From assembly GCF_001194135.2 (NCBI RefSeq), contig NC_069004.1, positions 34,140,338-34,183,661 of the forward strand: a stretch of DNA of 43,324 bases. The letters are read 5' to 3'. The notes below the pieces were generated by a model, which did no database searches, was not told where the DNA came from, and saw only the letters and a program-made list of their open reading frames with translations. The position numbers were made by a program, and so were the translations under genes. Every line of letters starts with the position of its first letter. Position 1 is the stretch's first letter. Source of the stretch: Octopus bimaculoides (Eukaryota). This document shows, one piece after another, positions 11,525 to 22,884 of the stretch.

Positions 11525-11670
11525 CCGGAAGCAGTGGTTCAGAACTTCACTTCACAATCGATAGATACCGGGTTCAATGCAACAGCTTGGAAATTTCTTT
11601 TACCGTTGGTTCAAGTCGCCCTGGTGCTTATAAAAGAATTTAGGGGGACGAAACTGGACGGAAGCTTGTT
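11525..11670 (+). mobile_element. SINE family A, highly degenerate head
   Basis: ccgggttcaatgc B-box-like motif and gacgaaactggacggaagc resembling gacggaaactgaaagaagc. Confidence 0.4.
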
Positions 11671-11947
11671 GTAGGGATTGCAGCGTCGTCGTTTCATGTA
11701 ACATGCTGACTTGAGGGTTACATTATAGGTACACACACTTTCGATATACTCAACCACTTACGCGCAAGTTTAATCAGTACAACGTTTACTTGATATAGCA
11801 ATTGACTGCTCATCGTCGATTCCGACGGAAGAAGCCATCATCTACGAATACATCATCCCGCATGTGATTCGTCTTTTCAAATACAGTATCGTTGCATGTT
11901 ACGAATATTCGGCTGCTATTTCTAGCAAATATAATGACTACCTAGAT

Positions 11948-12158
11948 CAGTGGTTGTCAACAATTTTAATATCCGGGCCACATCCAAAACCCAGACTTCT
12001 TTTAGGGAGCCGCACCAAGATTACTTGGCCGCATCAAGTAATCCACAAATCAATTAGAGAAATAATTATTATATTTTTAGACGGAAGACCGTCGTGGGCC
12101 AGTGGGAGAAAGCTTGAGGGCAACATGCGGTCCTGAGAGCTGCGTTCGAGAACCGCTG
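11948..12158. mobile_element. hAT (Charlie-like) non-autonomous DNA transposon / MITE, 211 bp
   Basis: Imperfect TIRs cagtggttgtcaac and gttcgagaaccgctg. Subterminal gggcaacatgcggtcctgagagctgcg resembles the gggccgcatgcggcccgcgggccgc motif of MER30-type MITEs. No matching 8-bp TSD (acctagat vs tctttgag). Confidence 0.65.
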
Positions 12159-12199
12159 TCTTTGAGGCTCTTTCATTGACTTGAGAAATTCTAGTGACA

Positions 12200-12335
12200 T
12201 CTCTTTGTAGTGTGAGGTAGTGCAGGTTGGTGCAGTGTTCTATTGCATAATGCAGTGTATAGCATGCAGTGAAATGTGCAGGAAGTGTAGTGTGCATGCA
12301 GTGTATTGTGCATGTTGTGAAGTGCATGTTACTGC
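12200..12335. repeat. Degenerate (TGCAG/TGTAG) pentanucleotide repeat
   Basis: Recurrent gtgcag/atgcag/gtgtag units. Confidence 0.7.
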
Positions 12336-12415
12336 GATATGAATGTTTGATTTATTTCTAATATATTTCACGGTTTGGAAAATCAATCAACTGTGAAGAA
12401 TTTCAAAGAAAGAAG

Positions 12416-12419
<4 letters not shown>

Positions 12420-12472
<53 letters not shown>

Positions 12473-12482
12473 NNNNNNNNNN

Positions 12483-12527
<45 letters not shown>

Positions 12528-13203
12528 ACATGCACACACACGTATACACATACGCACACGCGCGCACACATACACACACGCACACACACACATACGCATG
12601 CACACACAAACACACATCTAAAGAGTCACATCAAAACACACACTAACACATACACACATGCAAACTGACCCTAACACACACTTCTATCGTAACACACGCA
12701 CATACATACAAGCATGCGCATATCCATAACCACACGCATACACACACGCGTAAACATCCCTAACACACACATCACACACACGCACCCTCCCACACACGCA
12801 TACACACACAAATATACTCATATAAACATATATGCTCACACACACACACACAAATGCACTGTCGAACGTAGCACACACCTTAACGTATACACACCACACA
12901 CACACACACACACAAAAACACACACGCGCGCACACACACACACCAACTTACACAGACATGCACAAACTCTCAACACGTATACACATAAACTGAAACACAC
13001 ACACAAACACGGAAACACACATGAACACACGTACACACAGCAACACCGCCACCACGATCAACTTACACGTACGCACAGAAATGCTCACACATATACACAT
13101 ACACCGAAACACACAAATGCACGCACACACAAACCCATATACAAACAGAACAACATCCTCAAGAAGCGCACACACACATACGCAAACACACACACACACA
13201 CAC

Positions 13204-13261
<58 letters not shown>

Positions 13262-13300
13262 AAACGCACACACGCCTACACACACACACGCACGGACCCA
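12420..13300. repeat. Long pure and degenerate (CA)n tract with 10-N gap
   Basis: Read directly; source of the 215-aa HT-rich ORF. Confidence 0.95.
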
Positions 13301-13704
13301 CCCAAACAGACCACCCCCGTCTCTCCCCCCAAATCCATGCTGCCATGCATCAAAAGACTGATAGTTTATGACTCAAGGCCAGAATGTTATTCCAATATTC
13401 CAAAATTGGTTTATTAAATGTTTTTGATCTGCTCTTTTATTATCAGCTGATTTCTTCCGTGTTTGCCTGAAGACGGTTGGAACCTCACGTTTGCAGAAGA
13501 TGCTGCTTTATAGTCAAACATCAAAATCAAAAAATAAAACCATGTTTTTTTTTTATCCTTTCCTTTTTAAAAACACTTTTAATATTTTTAACAGCATCTT
13601 TTGCTAATCAGTGAAAATAAATTGATCGGAAGCAGCATGCTTTTTAACAAGGATGTTGTTATAAGTGAATCTGAAGACCAAAGACCCAGTTTTCGGTAAC
13701 AACA

Positions 13705-14130
13705 ATGCTAATAAAATTGTTTAAACTTTTGGCTTAAGGAGGAGATCAGTCGATTACATCGGTTCCAATATTCAACGGACCCTTATTTTATCCACCTCCA
13801 AAGGATGAAGGGCCAAGAAGATTTCGGTGGCATTTGAACTCTGATCGTAAAGTCGGAATAAATGCTGCTAGGCATTTTGTCCGGCAAACTTACGATTCTA
13901 TCGACGCGTCACCTTATCGTAACAATAATTCCTTTCTCATAAAGGAAGAACGTCTGAAACTTGGACGGAGGAGTAATTTGATTAAACCGACCCCAGCACT
14001 TGACTGATACTTATTTCGTCGACCCCGAAGAGGGGGGAGTCAAAGTCAATTTCAGTTCAGAGGGCAATGACGAATGAAATGTCTCTTAGGATTTTGTCCG
14101 GCGTACTAACGATTCTGCCAACTCACCGCC

Positions 14131-14169
<39 letters not shown>

Positions 14170-14580
14170 TAATAATAATACTTTCTACTATAGGCACAAG
14201 GCCTGAAATTTGGGGGAGAGGTTAAGTCGATTACATCGACCCCAGTACTCAACTGGTACTTAATTTATCGACCTCGAAAGGATGAAAAGCAAAGTCAACC
14301 TCGGTGGAATGTGAACTCAGAACGTAAAGACGGACGACATACCGCTAAGCACTTCGTCCGGCGTGCTAACGATTCTGCCAGCTCGCCGCCTTTGTTGGCT
14401 GATAATGTTCTCTACAGATACAGTGCCAGGAACTGAGGGCGGTGGTGAGGATGGAGGACATAGAAGTAATTCCGCAAACCTCTGCGTTTGACTGATTGTT
14501 TGTATCTTACCCGAAAGTATGGAAGATCAAGTTAAGGAAAGCTGACTTCACCTGAGTTTGAACTCAGAGCGTAAAGAGCT
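13705..14580 (-). mobile_element. Head-to-tail array of four SINE family B copies
   Basis: Copies at ~13705-13915, 13930-14133, 14182-14392 (best preserved) and 14400-14580 (decayed); (AAT)n spacer at 14134-14180. Confidence 0.85.
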
Positions 14581-14860
14581 TAAATTTTCTTGGAAGAGGA
14601 TCAATTAATTTCATCCCCTCCTCTCTACTCAGTTGTCGTCAGGCACTTTTTATAATATCGCAAATGTAAAGCTGCCCTCTTAGAAAGTAAAGCGTCATTT
14701 TCGATGTCTTCTTTCGGGTTTCGATTTTCGTTTTTGTTATTTCACAGAAGTAATCTTTCCTTATTTCTTAGAGGTGACATCTCTCTGTAGATATATAGCC
14801 TCGACATGCATATGTTTTTTTTTTGTAAATTCCAACTAATATATATATATATATGTATTT

Positions 14861-15010
14861 ATTAAACTTCCTTATCTCCATTTTCTGTTCTTCTGTTATA
14901 TGTATATATAACAGAAGAACAGAAAATGGAGATAAGGAAGTTTAATGATTCTTTATTGTTAACAAATTGGTCATTTTCGCTTCTTACAGCCGTTTCAATT
15001 AATTCTCAAT
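14861..15010 (-). mobile_element. Probable Penelope-like terminal repeat with an inverted copy of its last 41 bp
   Basis: Perfect inverted repeat 14861-14901/14906-14946 flanked by (TA)n. The minus strand carries GAAACGGCTGTA (14996-14985), the 3' half of a PLE-type minimal hammerhead. Confidence 0.5.
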
Positions 15011-15131
15011 AATTTGATTACGCATTTGTGCAATAAATTTACGTTTATGTAACATGAATATAATTTCATCAAAAGAAAAACGATGAAACTTTGGATGTTA
15101 TATGTGGGCTTATCAATTCATTTCGGCACAC

Positions 15132-15163
<32 letters not shown>

Positions 15164-15774
15164 TTGATAGATAGATACACACACATGCATACATACACAC
15201 CAAGACACATATGTATATATATTTCAATGGGTTTATTGAAATGCTGTTGTTATTTTGTCTACAGCTTGGAGATAATAGGTTCTCCGCCTCCATTTTTATT
15301 GTTTTAACATCTCAAACAAACATGCAATTCTCACATGTCAAAAGACAATACCTTCATTAATGACAGAAAATGCTAGAATAAAACCCAAATAGTTTTGCCG
15401 AAGATACTATCTCAATTTTCAAACTTTGTCTTTAATTATGATTCCACCATTATATACAGTTGTTTAACATTTGTAGAGCTGTAAAGAATGTTTTTATTTT
15501 ATTTTTAATGTTATTTTCTTAATAATGGTTGGGTTACACTATTGTGTATGTTGACTGCATAAACAGACGCTTCGTTTGCTTGTGAAAGATATTTGGATTT
15601 TGCTGTTGTTATTGTTGTTCGGATTGCGTAAGTGAAAACTCTGTTTAACTGTGTTCGCCGCTTTTTAGATGAGATGAGATTTTGTTGGCAGCGATTTGAC
15701 TACGATATTCACCAGGTCAAACATCTGTAAACACGTTCATATCTTTCCTTGTACTCCTAGACACCTGGCGTAAC

Positions 15775-15860
15775 GCCTGGCGCTCATGCTGCAACGTTCT
15801 GAGTTCAAATTACGCCTAGGTCGACTTTGCCTTTAATCCTTTCGGGGTCGATTAACTGAT
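15775..15860 (+). mobile_element. SINE family B, internal fragment
   Basis: cgttctgagttcaaattacgcctaggtcgactttgcctttaatcctttcggggtcgatt. Confidence 0.8.
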
Positions 15861-16253
15861 GCACCTGGGGCTAATAAAAGAAATCATTATGAATTATTAT
15901 TGGCAATTTAATATAAATTATTATCATTTGGTTCATATAAACTCCAGGATTCAGACGAATTAGGTCCTTGAATAGCAAAGCACTAAGTTCAGGTCAGAGG
16001 AAATCGCTATACAAACAATATTTGAAGACAAAAAAGTACTTAATAAAGCAAACATGGATTTACAACTCCGGTTGTACGTGCAATCACACGTTATGGACGA
16101 CTGAATGTGCAGCAAGTTTAAGTGTTGCGCATGGCTGCAAACATAATGCACTTAATAGACTCCACATCAAAGCGAATCGCAGATATATGTATATATACAA
16201 ATGTGTGTGTGTGTGTGTGTGTGCATGTGCGCGCGCATGTATGCATGTATGCA

Positions 16254-16300
<47 letters not shown>

Positions 16301-16314
16301 TTATATATGTTCGT

Positions 16315-16575
16315 GAAGGCGCCTAGTGGTCAGGGTGTCGCATACGATCGCTAGATTGTGGGTTCGATTTCCAGAGCGGGCGGTGTGTTATGTTCTTAAG
16401 CAGAATACTTCATTTCTCGTCGCTCAAATCCCCCTTTCGATCGGTAGGGTGGGGGGAGAATATTGACTTGGTCGCCTACACAGCGGAGGGGCATCATTCG
16501 AAGGTTAAAACGATGTAGAGCGCATGGTGATTAGCGATGTGCAACAACATCTGATAATCTAGTCGGTAACGTGAT
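16315..16575 (+). mobile_element. SINE family D (tRNA head, CORE-like motif)
   Basis: ggcgcctagtggtcaggg A-box region, gggttcgatttcc B box, and a tail shared with 3365-3600. Confidence 0.65.
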
Positions 16576-17357
16576 ATATATATATATATACACACACACA
16601 TACAGGGAGAGAGAGACAAGGAGAGACATGCACAGATATAAATGCATATATATAAACATATCTATATAAACATATACATATTTATAGATATATGTATAAA
16701 TATATACACACATGCATGCATATGTATGTACATGTATGTATGTATATATGTACATATATATATATGCATATATATATATATACATACATTATGCACGTAT
16801 ATATATATATATATATATATNNNNNNNNNNNNNNNNNNNNNNNNNNNNNNNNNNNNNNNNNNNNNNNNNNNNNNNNNNNNNNNNNNNNNNNNNNNNNNNN
16901 NNNNNNNNNNNNNNNNNNNNNNNNNNNNNNNNNNNNNNNNNNNNNNNNNNNNNNNNNNNNNNNNNNNNNNNNNNNNNNNNNNNNNNNNNNNNNNNNNNNN
17001 NNNNNNNNNNNNNNNNNNNNNNNNNNNNNNNNNNNNNNNNNNNNNNNNNNNNNNNNNNNNNNNNNNNNNNNNNNNNNNNNNNNNNNNNNNNNNNNNNNNN
17101 NNNNNNNNNNNNNNNNNNNNNNNNNNNNNNNNNNNNNNNNNNNNNNNNNNNNNNNNNNNNNNNNNNNNNNNNNNNNNNNNNNNNNNNNNNNNNNNNNNNN
17201 NNNNNNNNNNNNNNNNNNNNNNNNNNNNNNNNNNNNNNNNNNNNNNNNNNNNNNNNNNNNNNNNNTATATATATGCGTTTGTGTGGGTTCGTATGTATCT
17301 ACTGATACACACACACACACACACACAGATATATTGCACATTGCCTTTCACAGAGAT

Positions 17358-17390
<33 letters not shown>

Positions 17391-17760
17391 CACACACACA
17401 TTCGAATGTATATTTTCTCTCTCACGCATGCGCACACTCCTACATGTACACACAGACTGTCCATGTAAAGAAAGATACACGCATTCACGCACACTAAAAC
17501 ACGTACACAAACGCGTACACATTCTTGTATTCACGCACAGATACGCATACGCATTCGCACCTATACCTACACGTACACACACAAACACTCACACATTGCC
17601 ATATTCAAACGCAGACATACACACACACACACATCCTCACATTTACAGAAACACATAAGCACAGCTGCTCAAACGTATTTACGTATTTACTAACATGTAC
17701 ATACACACAAAAACATTTGCATACACACACATTCTAATAAGCCCATGTTCGCACGCGCAC
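16575..17760. repeat. Compound (TA)/(CA)/(TATG) microsatellites around gap 16821-17265
   Basis: Read directly; source of the 197-338 aa X-filled ORFs. Confidence 0.9.
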
Positions 17761-17784
17761 CCACCTACATACATAGAATATATA

Positions 17785-18163
17785 GGAGTGGCTGTGTGGT
17801 GAGTAGCTTGCTTACCAACCACATAGTCCCGGGTTCAGTCCCACTGCGTGGCACCTTGGGCAAGTGTCTTCTACTATAGCCTCGAGCCGACCAAAACCTT
17901 GTGAGTGGATTTGGTAGACAGAAACTGAAAGAAGCCCGTCGTATATATGTATATGTATATGTATGTGTGTATGTGTTTGTATGTCTTGACAACCGATGCT
18001 GGTGTGTTTATGTCCCCGTAACTTAGCGGTTCGGCAAAAGAGCCCGATAGAATAAGTACTAGGCTTCCAAAGAATAAGTCCTGGGGTCGATTTGCTCGAC
18101 TAAAGGCGGTGCTCCAGCATGGCCACAGTAAAAAAACTGAAACAAATAAAAGAGTAAAAGAGT
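17785..18163 (+). mobile_element. SINE family A, best-preserved copy (used as reference)
   Basis: A box tggctgtgtgg, B box gggttcagtccc, CORE-like ccttgggcaagtgtctt, internal (TATATG)n, 3' end gactgaaacaaataaaagagtaaaagagta-like repeat. Confidence 0.9.
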
Positions 18164-18367
18164 ATATATATTAAACCGATGCACACGTACATTCACGCAG
18201 TCATAAGCACATGCGTACACACACACATAGACGCACACACTGACAGACTCTAGAACGTACGCATTCACACGCACACACTTTCCTCTATACACACTTACAC
18301 ACGATCTGATACGCCTAAGACCTGTTGAAGAAACAACAATAACAACAACCATTGTATGAGTGAATGA

Positions 18368-18572
18368 GGGCGTCAGGCGTGGTTGATTTGACTCATAACC
18401 ACATGGTTCCCAGTTCAGTCCCACTGCGCGTGGTAAGGAAATTTGCTTCGTGGCTCCAGGTTCAGTCTCACTGTGTCATATCTTGGACAAGTATCTTCTT
18501 CTATAGTCTCAGGCCAACCAAAGTGTTGTGAGTGGATTTGGTAGACGGAAACTAAAAGAAGCCCATCGTATA
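18368..18572 (+). mobile_element. Two tandem SINE family A heads, second running into gap 18573-18854
   Basis: aaccacatggttcccagttcagtcccactgcg then gtggtaagg...ggttcagtctcactg...gtgagtggatttggtagacggaaactaaaagaagccc. Confidence 0.75.
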
Positions 18573-18966
18573 NNNNNNNNNNNNNNNNNNNNNNNNNNNN
18601 NNNNNNNNNNNNNNNNNNNNNNNNNNNNNNNNNNNNNNNNNNNNNNNNNNNNNNNNNNNNNNNNNNNNNNNNNNNNNNNNNNNNNNNNNNNNNNNNNNNN
18701 NNNNNNNNNNNNNNNNNNNNNNNNNNNNNNNNNNNNNNNNNNNNNNNNNNNNNNNNNNNNNNNNNNNNNNNNNNNNNNNNNNNNNNNNNNNNNNNNNNNN
18801 NNNNNNNNNNNNNNNNNNNNNNNNNNNNNNNNNNNNNNNNNNNNNNNNNNNNNNATTATCTACGTGTGACGGATATTTGTCCTCATCCGTTAAATGTAAA
18901 TAATATACATAATTCCTCATCTCTTAAATATAGAACTTTATATATATATATATATATATATATACA

Positions 18967-19020
<54 letters not shown>

Positions 19021-19299
19021 ACATATAAATTGCTTATCAAAACTGATGACTGAAAATATTTTTGGGATATACACACATACAAACATATATATATATATAT
19101 ATTTAATTACACTCACACACACACATATATATGTACATTTAGTTACACTCACACACCCATATATATACACAAACACACACACACACACACATTCTGGTAA
19201 GGTCACTGTACTTGCGATTGCTAGCAAGTAAATTGTTTCTCTCATTTTTGTCGTTGTTTTTGGTGTTAATGGTGGTTATTTTATACAATGATAATGCAA

Positions 19300-19715
19300 G
19301 TTGTGATCATATCCATTTTTTCACTTTCTACTTACGTTGTTTCATATTTTCTATTTTGTTTTACGTAGAATCTTTCATATGTTAAGTGCTTCACATATTT
19401 TTTTCGCTGTTTTACTCATAGTTTCATACACTTTTGGTTATTGAACGTCCTGTTTAAAATATTTCTGTTGTTGGCCTTAGTGTGTTTCATATTCTTAAGG
19501 TTATTGCACTTAACGTGTTTCATACAGTTTTTGATCGGTGGACGTTATGAGTTTCAGATATTTTATTGTTGATATTGGCATGTTTCATAATCTGTTCGTT
19601 ATTGCACTTTGCGTCCTTCATATCTATTTCGTTGTGGAACGTAGGATGTTTCATATACTATCGATTGTTACATGGAGTGTGTTTTGATATATTTTTGTTT
19701 GTTGTACTTAATAAA
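19300..19715. repeat. Highly diverged ~33-bp minisatellite, about 11-12 units
   Basis: gtttca-type anchor at 19339, 19372, 19388, 19421, 19452, 19484, 19517, 19551, 19582, 19615, 19648, 19681 (spacing mostly 31-34 bp). Confidence 0.75.
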
Positions 19716-20229
19716 TGAATTAGGTTATATTTAAGTGGAGACAAGGAAATCTGGCATTAAAAAAAAATTAAGATTTTTTTTTATAACAATCCTTATTGGA
19801 AGTACGACAGGTCGATGTATTATCATTCATCTTCTCTCTCATTCACTCTTAAACATACGGACGATATGTATGTATGCATGAAAACATATAGTTACATAGA
19901 TTTATATATACATTTTTACAAACATGTATATATAATCATCCACATCCGCACACGCACAAACATATATATATATATATATATATACATATTTGCACACACA
20001 CACGTATACATATATACATACATACATACATATATATACATTTATAAATATACTCATACAAGTATGTAAGCTTGCATGTAAAGGTTTATATATGTATACA
20101 TAGGCATATATGTATATATCTGTATACACACATGTTTTATAACACCATAAATTATAGACGCTTTACACGCGTTTCACTAGACCACACTACGATGCTATGC
20201 ACACGCACACGCACACACATATATATATA

Positions 20230-20420
20230 TCTGTATAAAAACACATATGTCATTAGCGAGTTAACTTGGGGTCCCTTGACGACAATTGTAACCTTCATTT
20301 AACTAGGACTAAGGTACATTTTTATACATATGTACCTTAGTTTAGTTAAATAAATGTTATATTTGTCGTAAAGGGACCCCGAGTTAACTCGCCAATGCCA
20401 TATGTATGTTTGTATATAGA
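20230..20420. mobile_element. Foldback/palindromic MITE-like element
   Basis: Arms 20243-20319 and 20330-20405 are inverted repeats (about 9 mismatches and 1 gap in 77 bp) around a 10-nt loop; weaker pairing extends to ~20230/20420. Confidence 0.75.
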
Positions 20421-21182
20421 TAGGTGGTGTAAATAACAATGTGTCTGTGTGTGTGCGTGGTTTTGTTTCTATGTATACATGTTGCATTGCATCCTAGTGA
20501 AACACTTGTAAAGCATATATAATTTACGGTGTTATAAAGGAGTTCTTAAGCGAATCTCCGATTTGATTCTGATCCTCCACATATTCTTTGTAATCTGTTC
20601 AAATATATAATAGCGAACGAATATTGGAGTTTAATATCTGATTGGAAGTTGGTCATGCATGGATTTACGTGGCGTACCTGGATATTATACTTCGAAATAT
20701 CATTGCTGTAATCTGAAATCCCTGGGAGTTCCGACACTTGTACCAATGAGCTCTATCAAGGTGGTAAAGTGCAATTGAAGTCTCAGCCTGTTTCCAAAAG
20801 ATATTGTACTGATACCATTCATTGCTCACTTCTGAGCAAGGAACATTTTGTTCTTTGCCCAGAAGTTGCATCCCCTGTTGTGGATTTGTTAAGATGAATG
20901 TACCTATGAGCCTAAATGACGCATTTGACAGCTAGCTGCCGATAGTAGCTCGCCTTAGCATCTTTCGTTTGTGAGGGTATGTATTACAGAACCCACCTAG
21001 ATATACCTAACTGTATGCATGCGTATCTGTGTGCATATATATGCGTGTGTGTGTCTGTGTGTGTGCATTGATATATGCCTGTATACATACGCACACAAAC
21101 ACGCACATATATACACATTTATATGAGTGTATGTATGTAACTATACGTATATCTGTTTACGTGTGAACGTATGTGCGTGTGA

Positions 21183-21221
<39 letters not shown>

Positions 21222-21334
21222 CATATATAATGTATGTATACACTCTGTGTGTGTGTGTAACTGTGTGTGAGTGTGTTAAAGAATGACTGTTCCACCACCA
21301 TTACCACGGTATCTATAGGAATTACCATTATAAC

Positions 21335-21395
21335 TTCATTACAACAGAATTCCACGGCAATGAAATTTCATTGCCGTGAAATTCGTTGCAATAAA
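21335..21395. repeat. Palindrome with perfect 26-bp core cacggcaatgaaatttcattgccgtg (21353-21378)
   Basis: Direct reverse-complement check; imperfect pairing continues ~17 bp on each side. Confidence 0.9.
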
Positions 21396-22420
21396 TTTCT
21401 CGTCAGAGACATGTTTTACTTATTCTTCTTCAAATCGGGAAAGTTCTTGCGAGAAAGTAATTATAAACATTACCAGTTCCACTACGAATGAGCAATAAAA
21501 TGGAAATAAATTTTATTAATGGTTCATATTTTGATAATGCCAAGATCGTTAGAGTTTCTCCTTACCATCTTTTCGCCCCAAGTCACCCCTGTTGGAAAAG
21601 GCAGACGGAGAAATATTACTAACCAGTCAATGTAGTTTTGAAGTTGGAGGAAGTAAAAACTCTACTGCGTCTCTCTAATTTTTCTTCCTGCTAATTTTTT
21701 CCTGGAGAAAAACTTCGTCCGAAATGTTAGATTTTTCGCTTGTCACGGCATGTTCACTATCCTCTTTTTATCTAACTTACTAAATGATATATTTTTGAAT
21801 CTGAGTGCATATTTAAAACTTCATTAGCCAATGTGTCTTGTATGTTTGATGTTATTAAGCCTGTAATCCCAGATCATCCTTATCCTAGCAGAGTCACTGC
21901 ATATTATCAAAGAAATTCCAACTCTGAATACACCGTCATTTTTGCTGATAGATTAAAAAAAAATCTATCAGATTATAAGAACTTCCGAACTATCAGCGTC
22001 CCGAAAACCGGTATAGTATCTGTATTTAACGATTTATCGTTTAGCTGATATTTTTTCGTTTTCCTAAAGTAAAATAATTTTAGGCCAGCAAATATAAATA
22101 TCTCGAATTCTATACTTTTGTCCCCCAACGTCAACCCTATTTCATGTATGTAACTTCGAAAAATAAAAGTAATAAAAAAGAAAAACAGTTTTCTCAAAGC
22201 TCTACCGAACACAGCAGGATTTGAACTCGTTTCTTCAAATTTATGAATCATGTGACTTAATTACGGCTCAGTGCTGCTGCAACTGCTGCTGATGGTGCTA
22301 CTGTTATTACTGCTGCAGTTTGTAACGCTGTTGTTTCGAGAGGCGAATTCATTTTACCAATTCACTTTTGTGTAGAATTGGCTTCTTGCAATCCTGTTCT
22401 GTTAGTCTTTCAAAATGGTG

Positions 22421-22884
22421 TTTTACACAAGAATAATCTTTTCTACTCTAGGCACAAGGCGAAATTTTTAGGGAGGTGGTCAGTCGCTTAGTTCGACCCC
22501 AGTACGCAACTAATATTTAATTTATCGACTCCGAAAGGATAAAACGCAAAGTCAACCTCGGCGTAATTTGAACTCAGAACGTAAAGGCAGACGAAATACC
22601 GCTAAGCATTTCGTTCAGGATTCTAACGTTTGTGCCAGCTCGCAGGGTAGAAATATTTTCTACTCTAGGCACAAGGCCCGAAATTTTGGGAGTGGGGGCT
22701 AATCGATTAAATCGAGACCAGTACGCAACTGGTGCTTAATTTATCGACCTCGAAAGGATGAAAGGCAAAGTCGACCTCGGCAGAATTTGAACTCAGAACG
22801 TAAAAGCAGACGAAATATCGCCAAGCATTTCGTCCGACGTGCTAACGTTTCTGCCAGTTCGCCGCCCTTTTATACAAGAATAAT
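22421..22884 (-). mobile_element. SINE family B dimer flanked by a 17-bp target-site duplication
   Basis: Copies at 22438-22645 and 22651-22867; ttttacacaagaataat (22421-22437) and ttttatacaagaataat (22868-22884). Confidence 0.85.

Noticed and set aside
12383-17658. Long ORFs of 100-338 aa (HTHT, VCVC, YIYI, poly-X), here and throughout the window
   Set aside because: They are translations of dinucleotide microsatellites or N gaps, which lack stop codons.
17785-17860. tRNA-like A/B boxes in SINE heads as possible tRNA genes
   Set aside because: No complete cloverleaf or terminator; each continues into a shared SINE body.
19300-19715. ~33-bp periodicity as a CRISPR array
   Set aside because: Units are contiguous and diverged with no repeat-spacer alternation, there are no cas genes, and the context is eukaryotic.
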